Source of the DNA: Takakia lepidozioides
Lineage: Eukaryota; Plantae; Bryophyta
DNA: 64,000 nt
Assembly: GCA_030704615.1 (NCBI GenBank)
Contig: CM060732.1
Span: 10,602,001 to 10,666,000, forward strand
Reading direction: 5' to 3'
The notes below the pieces were generated by a model. It was not told the DNA's origin and ran no database searches. It saw nothing but the letters and a program-made list of their open reading frames with translations. The translations under genes and the position numbers were made by a program. Of the stretch, positions 38,314-49,240 are shown piece by piece; the stretch's first letter is position 1; each line of letters begins with the position of its first letter.

Positions 38314-39100
38314 GAGCATCTCCAACAGTGTCCTGCCATCGGGCCCACCAAGCTGCTCATGGCGTGGAGTTTGGCTCATGGCGTAGAATTTGGCGGAAGG
38401 ACGTTCACCGGGGTCACACTAAATCCAGTGCCAAGGTGGGTTGGCCAATCTGCGGAAGCCACGTGGTGGCTCCAGGCTGCGCCACACCTACTATTCCTAT
38501 CCCCAAAAGCAAAAGCACGCGTTCTTCTGCGCGACGTGCACGCACCACATTTGCTCCCCAATGCTTGGGCGTGCACGTGCACGCTTGGCAGAGGTTTGGT
38601 GAGGTACGCCAAAGATGTAAAATATGGCGTACACCTACCCTTGGCATAGGTCCCTCCGCGCCAAATATAGTGTTTGGCGGGGTACGCTCTCATGCGGTGC
38701 AAGCCAAAATGCCCTACCAAATGCACTCTACCGGCCCGTTTGGCGGGGCTCCAAGATGGCGGAGGAATAAAAAAACCCCTGCTGTGCAAGCCTGGTGCCT
38801 CGCTACCTTGGCCTTGCTGGCAGGTTTGGGCCCGCCTTGCTGCGCTGAAGCCTGGCAGTAGGTACTTTGGCTATAGAGAGCATGGCAAAGTGGCGGATTA
38901 AGGAGGGTTGCAGACAAGTGTAGTTAGGAAAGGGATTCAAACATCTAGCGGGCCAAGTTTGGAGCCCGCCATATAAGCCCAAATATGGCGAGGCAAATGC
39001 CAATTTGAGCGGTCCCGCCACAAATTATTTACCGGTATTGCACCGTAGGGGTTTAGTTTGGGCCCCACCCTTCACGGCGGGATTAGATTGGCGCCGGCCC
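38314..39100. mobile_element. Third Harbinger-type element abutting the second (right end not found)
   Basis: Starts TTA|GAGCATCTCCAAC, the classic Tourist TIR. The body is GC-rich with TTTGGC/GCCAAA repeats. The end coordinate is a guess. Confidence 0.5.
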
Positions 39101-41145
39101 GATGTCTTTGCCGTGCTGTAGGAGATACTTACTAAAGTGTTTTTCGAACTCTACCTCTTCCCTTTGTCCATCTCACTTGGCTTCAGCGTGCAAATACCTT
39201 CTAAGAGTAATACATCGGTCGTTCTCAAACAATACAACTTTCAAGGAGGCTGCTAGTAAAATGTGTGGCCGTCTTTTAGAGAGAGATAAAAGATAAAGTA
39301 TTAGGGAAGGGTCATTCCCATGGCCTTGTAGTGTGATTTCATGTAACAAAAATTCTTGACTTAGAGCATAGAAGGGCCCTGTATCTGCAAATGTGGGGGG
39401 GTACTAACCAAGACTCTAAAGCTGTGAGGGTTGGAGTGTTGAAAACCCAGATTGCAAGGTTCACTGCAGGGATGAATAAGTTCACTTCATGGAAGAGTAA
39501 ATTCATACATGGATGAATAAGTTCACACATGTCGTCTTGCTTGTTGGACTTGGTTCGAGTGCGATCTGCCATAGCTCGACAAGCTATTGAGCTTGTTAGG
39601 TATACAGCGGGGCACCGATGAAGCTCAAGGGAAAGAGGGAGCGGTGCTGGCGGTTTCATAATGGATCGGTAATTGATGACAGAATGTTCTAAAAACAGCT
39701 GAGGACCTGTATTTTGTTTAAGGGCATACCAGGCTTATCCATAATGGTGGGAGAGAGTGCCTGAGAGTTATGAGGATGTAGTGAGGTTTATCTAGCAATG
39801 GGGGCGGCAAGAGCTGAAGGTTATGAGACCTGGAGGTGAACAATTGCTACTGGAGCAGCAGCAGCGGTGACGGCGTGAGCAATGGGGGCGGCAACGCTGA
39901 ATGTTATGAGGCGTGGCGGTGAGCAATTGCTACTGGAGCAGCAGCAGCGGTGACGGTATGAGCAAGGCGGTGGCCGCAGTGACGGACAGCTCGACAGCAT
40001 GGGGGAATGCAGACTGGGAAGATCTGCAGTAAGACATAGTATTTAGTCATTGTATGACAGGTGATTCTTCCTTCATTTTAGCTGTGACTTTGGACAAAAG
40101 ATTGGAGAAAGACTTGGCAATGGCCCCAGGAAAGACTTGAAAAATTGGGAAATGAAGCTGTGGCAGAGTCGATTTGTACCAAGATGAGCAGTGTCTGTGG
40201 GGTTTGGGTCCTTGAATGCACTATGCTGCAGCAGAGAGAGAGAACGAGAGATGTTGTGGTGAAGTGGGGGTTGGATTTGGCTTGAATTCTGTAAAGTAGG
40301 GCTTGCTGAACAATGACCTGCAATCTGAAGTGTTCTTTGTTTATTGGCTGATGCACGAACGTGATATGGTCTTTTTATGAAGAGTGCACCCCCCAGGATG
40401 GCAATAATGTCCAGATAATTCATGCTTGTCAACTCTCGACATCTCACTAACCTTGTTGTTGTGATGTTGACCTTGTGATGTGCCTGCAGGACATACACCA
40501 CACTGGCCAATGCAATCATCATCAACAGATAAGAACTGTCCTAGTGAACAACTGGGGAAAGATAAAATAGATAGGGAGGTCTACATTTGCTTTCTTTTCC
40601 GCCGCAGTAGGGGTAGGTCTGGTCTGTACTCTGGTCATGACTAGTTAAGCTAGGGAGTAACACAACTTGGGCTCTAGGCCATTTCTTTTGGTATCAGAGC
40701 TTTGCCTTTCCATGGCATTGTCTCTACTTTAGCTAGATAGAATTCTGACTGAAAACAGTCATGGCAGGAAGAGATCATACCTTTATACCTGATGGGCCTA
40801 GTATAGGAGACATCCTAATTTGTTTTACTAGAAGAGCTGTTGATGCATAGGCATAGCCACTGTTGTATTTCTTCAATCATTCGTGGAGATTGTATGATGG
40901 GGATCTCTGTCTTAGGGTGATCCATGCAGGGGGTAGAAGCAACATTGCTTTGTGGGTTAGAGAAGATGATAGATGGCAGAAGGTGAATACTATGGCTAGG
41001 GAAGTAACGTGGGGAGGAAGAGTGTGCGAAATGGGCTGTGGGAATGGTATCGAGGACAACATTAGGCAAGGTCTTAGCTTAATTAGAAGTTAGAAAGTAG
41101 AACCATAGTTGAAATTGCTTAGATAGGACGTTAGAATCGTGAAAC

Positions 41146-41667
41146 TATGACAAGTCCAAAGGTTATCAGTGCACCCTTTGCTGGTTGAGAGAGTGAGGAT
41201 GTTAATGACTGGGTAAGCGTATCCAGATGGAAGGAGATGTGCAGGATCTCACTCCTGATAAAATGTTTAAAGTAGCACGGTTGAACTTGAGGGGGAAGGC
41301 AGATGAATGGTACAGAAAACAGAATCCTAAACCAGACAACTGGCCTGATTTTCAGGTAGCGATTACAGCTAAGTTTGGTGTCATAGATATGGCAGAAGCT
41401 AAGCTGAAAATGGATGCTATCAAACAAGAGAATAGCCTGCAGAGGGTGCAGCCCTACTTTGATAGGCTGAACCGACTATTTATCAGAGGGGGAATCTCAG
41501 ACCTAGAGCAAAGAAAAAGGTTTGCTGGAGGGCTGAGACCTGAAATTGCTCGTGTAATGCTTGGGAGACGTTTTACTTCTGTAGATGAGGCTGGAGACAG
41601 CCATAGAGATCGAGAGAGGTCTTTGCAAGCTAGGAGAAACCCCTTTGGAGCCATTGGAAGAACTTGA
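41146..41667 (+). pseudogene. gag: Retrotransposon gag (frameshifted)
   Basis: VARLNLRGKADEWY...WPDFQVAITAKF...KMDAIKQENSLQRVQPYFDRLNRL...RFAGGLRPEI is a retrotrans_gag pattern. Confidence 0.85.
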
Positions 41668-41703
41668 GGGACCAGTGACTCTGAAACAGATGAGCAGGAA
41701 GAA

Positions 41704-43275
41704 ATGGAAAGGAAGCTGCATGAGATGGAGTTGGATGAGCACTTGGATCAGATGGAGAGAACAATTGAGGCAGCCAACTCAGGGGAGGAGATCTTTGAAG
41801 ATCAAGGAATGCTGGAACTCTTGGAAGAAGAATCACCCTTGCAAATGGCTTCTGCAATCATCCAAGAAGCATACCAAAGTGCTTGGAATGGGGAGTTGGT
41901 GAATAATAATCTGGAAATTGAGGATGACTTCTATGATTGGAACCAGACTGTACTCCATGAGGAAAGACAGCGAATGGGAACCTTCCTGCACACTGTGGGT
42001 GGGGAACAGATTGCAGTAAGTGACGATGAAAGGAAGAATGACCGTTGGGCCAACCTTAAGACTAGGATCCGTATCAGTCCTGACCTGTCCAGCGAGCAAC
42101 GAGATCAGCTGGAAGGGCTACTCAAGGAGGATCAGGATTGCTTTGCCTTGAGCAAAGCAGACCTAGGTTACTGCAATGTTGTTGAACACGTCATAGATAC
42201 ACAAGGCTTTCCGCCCTGTTGCAGCCGTCCAAGCAGACTGTCTGAGTGGGAGGAAAATGAAGTGCAATCTCAGATAGAGTCCTTGATAGCACAAGAAAAA
42301 ATGAGGGAGAGTAGGTCTGAGTGGTCCTGTCCAGTTACTCTTCCCCCGAAAAAGGATGGGTCTAAAAGGTTCTGTGGGGACTTCAGGCCTGTCAATCGCT
42401 TGACTCGAAGGGATTCATACCCCATGCCACTAATTCAGGACGTGCTGAACCAGTTGGGCAAGGCCAAGTGGTTCTCTGCCCTTGACTTGCAGAGCGGCTT
42501 CTGGCAAATCAAAATGGATGAGTCGGACATTAGCAAAACTGCAGTCATTACCAAGAAAGGGTTGTACGAATGGTTAGTAATGCCGTTTGGTTTGAAAAAC
42601 GCTACTGCAACATTCCAAAGGGCCATGAACACCATCCTCGCCGAGGAGATTAAGGACTGTGCGAAAGTGTTTGTAGATGATATTACAATTCACAGCATAG
42701 ACTGGTCCAGCCACAAGAGCCACATCAAGAGGGTGTTGAAGAAACTGAAACGTGCAAACCTGCGCCTCAATCCTAACAAATGTACCTTTGGCAACCTAGA
42801 GTTGGTCTTTCTAGGACATGTAGTGTCAGGGGATGGGGTGAAACCAGATCCAGGTAAGATTGCAGCGATTGAGAAGTTTCCTCTCCCAAGGAACCCAGTT
42901 GCTGTGAAGATTTATTTGGGGATGACAGGCTACTACAAGATATATGTGAAGGGGTTTGCTGGGGTGGCAGTACCTTTATTTGATCTCACGAAAAAGGATT
43001 TGAAGTTCCACTGGATTACAACGCAAGTACCATCCTATGGAAGGTGAGTGCTATGCTTTGGTTTGGGGAGTGCTTCATTTCAGGCAGTATCTTTATGGTG
43101 TTCATTATCCGCACGGATCATAAGCCACTTGAGTGGTTAGCCACAGTGAGTGATGCATACGGGAGAAGGGGGAGATGGATAATGATGCGAGCTCCAAGAC
43201 TTTGAATTCAAAATTATCCATAGACCAGGGGCTAGGCATTCTAACGTGGATGCATGGAGCAGGTACCCTGTTGGC
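41704..43275 (+). pseudogene. pol: Gypsy reverse transcriptase plus RNase H C-terminal remnant
   Basis: KKDGSKRFCGDFRPVN, FSALDLQSGFWQI, VMPFGLKNATATFQ, FVDDI, FLGHVVS. After a deletion comes QDFEFKIIHRPGARHSNVDAWSRYP. Confidence 0.92.
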
Positions 43276-45039
43276 CAAGCACAAGAGTCTGAGGAACTCG
43301 AGGTAAATACTGCAGCCCTCTATCATCCCAAGAGAGAAGGTAGAACTAGAGATGGAGCGTTTCTAGTTATGATAAGTTGGGAAGGAGGGTCTGCCATCAG
43401 CAGCTTGTATCAGTACAAGGCAGGAACAGCAACATTGAAACAGGTAGCACACAAGGAAGTAGGATACTTTGTAGATAGAGGGGAAGTAGCATGCAAGAAA
43501 GAGGAGTATTACATCTGTGTATGTGGGATATGGCACTTCAAGAAAGACTTTGGGGGGCAGCATTTCTCCTTACAAACAAACCTGGACCCATACTGGTGGT
43601 TGTTGTCACCACACCACATTGGAACTGACCTGCTCAGTGTCTTCTCATTTGAATTCATCACACTGAGTGCTAACAGCAGGTTTCTTGAGGGACCAGTGAG
43701 CACTTATACTAAGAGTAGTTTGAAGGGAAATCTGCAGCCTGGGCAAATGCCACCTATCAGTGCAAAAAGAGTAACATTTGCTGCACATGTACAGACTGGA
43801 GAGACTGATCATGAGAGTTCTTGGAAGGATGTGGGGTGTGGAGTGAAAGGTGATCATGGGTATTTCATGACTGTCTTGCTCAGCAGCTTCCTTCTCAGTG
43901 TATGTTCCTGACTCGTAGCAACAGACCCACACGTAAGGCAAGGGAAGAGGTGTTCAACAACGAAAAAAGGGAGAGCACTGCGCCAATGGAGAAACATCAG
44001 GTCTCTGAAGAGACAGATGATCTGCTGGGATACAAACCCAAATCAAGAGCTATTCTTGATCTGCTGGAGGATAAGGAAGGGTCTGCTGATGATGACCAGC
44101 AGGAGCATGAAACAGGGAAGTCTCATGGACAGAGCGAGGGTGAGAAAGGGTCTGCTGATGATGACCAGCAGGAGCGCCGTGTGGCCGTCTTTTAGAGAGA
44201 GAAAAGATAAAGTATTAGGGAAGGGTCGTTCCCATGGCCCTGTAGTGTGATTTCATGTAACAAAAATTCTTGACTTAGAGCAGAGAAGGGCCCTGTATCT
44301 GCAAATGTGGGGGGTAGTAACCAAGACTCTAAAGCTGTGAGGGTTGGAGTGTTGAAAACCCAGATTGCAAGGTTCACTGCAGGGAAGAGTAAATTCATAC
44401 ATGGATGAATAAGTTAACACATGTCGTCTTGCTTGTTGGACCTTCGAGTGCGATCTGCCATAGCTCGACAAGCTACTGAGCTTGTTAGGTATACAGCGGG
44501 GCACCGATGAAGCTCAAGGGAAAGAGGGAGCGGTGCTTGTGGTTTCATAAGGGATCGGTAATTGATGACAGAATGTTCTAAAAACAGCTGAGAACCTGTA
44601 TTTTGTTTAAGGGCATACCAGGCTTATCCATTATGGTGGGAGAGAGTGCCTGAGAGTTATGAGGATGTAGTGAGGTTTATCTAGCAATGGGGGCGGCAAG
44701 AGCTGAAGGTTATGAGACGTGGAGGTGAGCAATTGCTACTGGAGCAGCAGCAGCGGTGACGGTATGAGCAAGGCGGTGGTCGCAGTGACGGACAGCTCGA
44801 CAGCATGGGGGAATGCAGACTGGGAAGATCTGCAGTAAGACATAGTATTTAGTCATTGTATGACAGGTGATTCTTCCTTCTTTTTAGCTGTGACTTTGGA
44901 CAGAAGATAGGAGTTGGAGAAAGACTTGGCAATGGCCCCAGGAAAGACTTAAAAAATTGGGAAATGAAGTTGCAGAGTCGATTTGTACCAAGATGAGCAG
45001 TGTCTGTGCGGTTTGGGTCCTTGAATGCACTATGCTGCA

Positions 45040-45392
45040 TGTCCGTTGACACACAAAATGTAGGGTAGGATATATGGGGCTTCGAGGCGTAATATACGGA
45101 ACTCCCTGAAGGTGTAGTATGGACCGTAGTAGGGAAACAAGTCCACCATGCTGTTGCTCCCACGAGGAACCATAATATCATTGACCGTGAATAAACCCCG
45201 ACCCATAGCAGGGTCAGTAACGGCTCTCACAACATACCGTCTACCCCAATACTCGAACTCCACATTCTCTCGGATGGGAGTAGGAGGGTCGAGATGATTC
45301 CCCCAACAACGAGGCTGAACGGTCCTCAGTAACATAGTCCTATGCGCTTCCCATCGGAGGCGAGGATCCGGCTCAGGCCGCCCAAGCCCAAG
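45040..45392 (-). pseudogene. SET-domain-like coding fragment present only in the 3' LTR
   Basis: RYVVRAVTDPAMGRGLFTVNDI...LFPYYGPYYT resembles the SET N-terminal pattern GxGLFA...YxG. The segment is absent from the 5' LTR at the equivalent position (~40230). Confidence 0.55.
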
Positions 45393-46425
45393 GGGAGATG
45401 TTGTGGTGAAGTGGGGGTTGGATTTGGCTTGAATTCTGTAAAGTGGGGCTTGCTGAACAATGACCTGCAATCTGAAGTGTTCTTGGGAGGTTAGTCCAAG
45501 GGACCGAGTGATGCACACTTAGAGAGACAATAGCTGTGAATCATGGGGGGTAGGCTCAGCTCTGTCATTATGTTTGAAGTATAGAAAATTGTCCATTGTA
45601 GAAATAGGATTGTACTCACTGCAGGGTCTGAAGGCCATAGACCTAGGGTTTCTTGAGATGAATTGCTGCATTTTTACGGCCAGCAGGGTGCCTAAATGCA
45701 TTTGCATTTAGTTTGGGGTTGTAGCAACACATGGGCGGGTTTGGAAGATTGCACGCAATCTTGCTGTTGTAAGAAGAGAACAGAAGGCCTGGGAGAGGGA
45801 ATCTCAGATGGGTATGCCACATGGTGGCTGGGAATCTGTTATGTAAGAAAGAGGTAAAACCAAGAGAAGACCTGCAAGGGCTTGGAGCAATTAATTATTT
45901 AAAAAGGGAAAGGGGGCAATTGTATGGCCATGACATTGTTTTGTACAGAGAGAGAATGACCAGATCATGGTATGGGGGTTGAATGGGCTTGGATGAACCT
46001 GTCTTGCATGTGAGGAAGAGAACATGGGTTGTGGGAGAGAGATTCTCAGCTGCAGGCATGGGGTTAGAAGGCAGGGATGCATTCGCAGTGAGGAAAGCAA
46101 CCAAAGATGCCAGCAGTGACCCCATGGAAAGAACAAACCAGACAAGAGAATGGTGGCCTGTTGTGAATACATTGGATGGTGGTTGTAAAATGTATGGCAA
46201 TAATGTCCAGATAATTCATGCTTGTCAACTCTCGACATGCCACTAACCTTGTTGCTGTGATGTTGACCTTGTGATGTGCCTGCAGGACATACACCACGCT
46301 GGCCAATGCAATCATCATCAACAGATAAGAACCGTCCTAGTGAACAACTGGGGAAAGATAAAATAGATAGGGAGGTCTACCTTTGCTTTCTCTTTCGCTG
46401 TAGTAGGGGTAGGTCTGGTCTGTAC

Positions 46426-47602
46426 CAGTGTTCGGAGGATACCCTTTTTCTGCCATTATACCCTGAGGGTAAAACCCAATAAGGGTATATGGATATACCC
46501 TACCCTGGAAATTTCAAAATACCCTTACCTTACCCTTGTCAGGGGTAATTATTTTTGTTATACCCTTAATGGATTATACCCTGGGGTTTGAAATTTCGAA
46601 GGATACCCTTACCCTGAGGGTAAATCTGTTCAATGGCCGGGTAATAGGGAAGGGTATAAAAATTTGATTACTAGGGGTTTAGGTTTAGGTGTGGTATTTG
46701 CTAGTAGAGAGGGCAAACACTAGCATTTTTTTTATTTTTTTTCCCCCTTCGTTGGTCTTCCTCTTCGCAGCTTGTGCTCCAAGACCAGTCCTTGCCACTC
46801 TCTCCTTGGAAAAAGCGTGTGCTTGTGGTGGTCCCCGCCACTGCCGATCTCTCTTTACTCGGTACCCACCATTCTCTTATCTATGGTGCAAAGCGACCTC
46901 ATTATGATCAAATGTGTTGTTTTGTTATTATATTTTAGGGCCATTAGAGGAGCATAAATGAGGGCTAAAATTTTGCTATTTGTAAGCCACATAAAAAATA
47001 AACAAATAAATAAATAAAAGGCATATCCCGTTAAATTCTATATAACGGGGATGTTATATAGTTGAAATGCTTCGTCTTGGTTAGGCCCTTTGGCAATTCC
47101 CTCCCCCCACCGAGGTTTTGGTTCTTAGTTAACTCCTGATTCCCCCCCCAACTCCCTACCAGTGCTGGGTGTTCCCCATGTGATACGCCTTTACGTCCCT
47201 TTAGGAGGTTATTTTTTTCTCCTCTCTGTTCTCATTTTGCCACTCCAATAAAGTTTTTATAGGGCCTCTGTCCCTTTTATAATAAAAAAAGCTTTATTCT
47301 AAGCAGTTAATAAAATTCACAAATAAAATTTAAAAAATTAATTTACCCTTTATAATTACCCTGGGATATCCTGAGGATATAAAAATGGTACCATTATCCT
47401 GCAATTACCCTTACCCTTATGGTATATGTGGCACCCAATACCCTTACCCTGAGGGTAAAATTTTACCAAAAATTTATATATACCCTTACCCGGAGGGTCA
47501 AAAAATATATTATACCCTTACCCTGAGGATAAGTTTGACCCCCAAAATCATGTATACCCTTACCCTGAGGGTAGAAAAAATCAATATACCCTCCCAACAC
47601 TG
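46426..47602. mobile_element. hAT-type MITE inserted in the 3' LTR
   Basis: TIR CAGTGTTCGGAGG...CCTCCCAACACTG with a perfect 8-bp TSD GTCTGTAC. The 5' LTR has a single GTCTGTAC (~40622). Subterminal TACCCT repeats are present. Confidence 0.92.
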
Positions 47603-47620
47603 GTCTGTACGACTAGTTAA

Positions 47621-48271
47621 CCCTTAAATGCCCAATGCCATAGTTTGACTTTTTCAGAAAACATGACCCCTTAAGTGAAAAAAAGGCCTAACTTTCAGAA
47701 AATTAACTTTTTAAGGAACTTGACCACACATTAGGTGCGTACCTTCCTCCTGCATCCACCTGCCGAATTTGAGGCCAATCAGCCCCAGATCCACAAAATG
47801 CCACCGTTGAATGTGGGCCCCATTATTGGGGCCCTTTTGAGAAACATATCCATTTTTGGTAATTTTTTAAAGATTTGAGCGACAGGATAAAATGGGATTG
47901 AGGGCGAAATTAGCAGGGTTTCATCCTCTTGAGATCCCTCATCCAACAAGCCAAAAAGTATCCAATTTGGCCAATGCATGTGATGTTGCCACTTGGTCAA
48001 ACCTGGGAAAATCCCATGTCTCTCTCCCTCTCTCACACACTTGTGATGAATGAACAACGAGAATTACCTTTATCAAATCGTGACCCCGTGCTTGCCTGAT
48101 GAGACCTCTTTGCAACTTGGCAGATCCGAGGCAATCGAGCAATGAATCTTGGTGTGCCAGGTGCCCAAGATCACTATATTTTTTTTTCACACAATTCCAC
48201 GGAGAATGCAAAAAGTTATTCAGATTTTTTTAAACCCAAAAGCCCGAAACGGGCTACTGGGCGTTTAAGGG
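47621..48271. mobile_element. piggyBac-like non-autonomous element (TTAA TSD)
   Basis: TTAA|CCCTTAAATGCCCAAT...ACTGGGCGTTTAAGGG|TTAA. The 5' LTR shows the empty site GACTAGTTAAGCTAGG (~40639-40654). Confidence 0.88.
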
Positions 48272-49129
48272 TTAAGCTAGGAAGTAACACAACTTGGGCT
48301 CTAGGCCATTTCTTTTCACGCTACATCCCTTCCTGAATTTGACAGCAGTGGCAACGAGGGCGGAGCCCGAGTTCCGGGTGCTCGAAAATTCAGGAAGGGC
48401 AGTGAGAACGACCCCTTCGTGAAGGTTCTCCCGCAAATGGGGGAACCTTCCAAAAGTGGAAGGTACTTCCTGCAATTCAGGGGAACCTTGGGGCCAGGGA
48501 GGTTCCTTGAATTACAAAGAAAAAACTTTTCCCAGCGATTTACGTATAGGGTAATGCCATGAGTGGAGGGCATTCCCGGATTTAAGGGCCTGACCCCAAG
48601 GGCGGTAGCCCGAGGGGAAGGCCCGAAAATTCGGGAGTGCCCGACAGGAGGGGCATTACACTGCGTAAGGAAATGGGATGATTTCCTTATCTTTTCATCC
48701 TTCCTTTATGCTTTCTCCCTGCCGGTAGCTTGCTGTGAAAAAATATCTTGGAGGTAAAGATAAAGAAATATCGCAGGTGTGCATTACACACTCGTGTAAT
48801 GCACTCATAATCGTGGGGCGGGCTCTTACGCTGGATAACGTGCAGAAATTTACAAAGAGAAATCAGCCCTAGTTCTTTATGTATAGTGTAATGCCATGCG
48901 TGGAGGGCATTACACTGCATAAAGCACGTACAATAAAAAGGCACAAAAAGGTACGACGGGCATTACACCCGAGTGTAATGCACCAGCCTCGCTGCCCAGT
49001 GCATTACAGGGGAGTGTAATGCCCCACCCTGGCGATGAATTCTGTTTTTTGACGGCACGATAAATACAAAGAAATAAAATGCAAAGTGCTTTATGTTTCT
49101 TGTGAATTTACAGAGCCTACTGCTCAACA

Positions 49130-49240
49130 CAGAGGCCATCGAGGGCCCAATGGAAGATGGCATATGTTGAAGGATTGAACCCAGGATCACCGAGGTTATG
49201 CACAGGCAAGGCACAAACACCCAACCACTGGGCTACCTGC
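49130..49240 (-). mobile_element. tRNA-derived SINE head (family B)
   Basis: On the minus strand, TAGCCCAGTGG (A box) and GGGTTCAATCC (B box). Homologous to 14595-14705. Confidence 0.6.

Larger units (their letters stand above)
39264..48318 (+). mobile_element. Second Ty3/Gypsy LTR retrotransposon (defective; no protease or integrase seen)
   Basis: 5' LTR 39264-~40688 and 3' LTR 44180-48318 both start TGTGGCCGTCTTTTAGAGAG; the 3' LTR ends TTTTCA. PBS TGGTATCAGAGC (tRNA-iMet) at ~40689. Flanks AAATG and CGCTA do not form a TSD. Confidence 0.9.
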
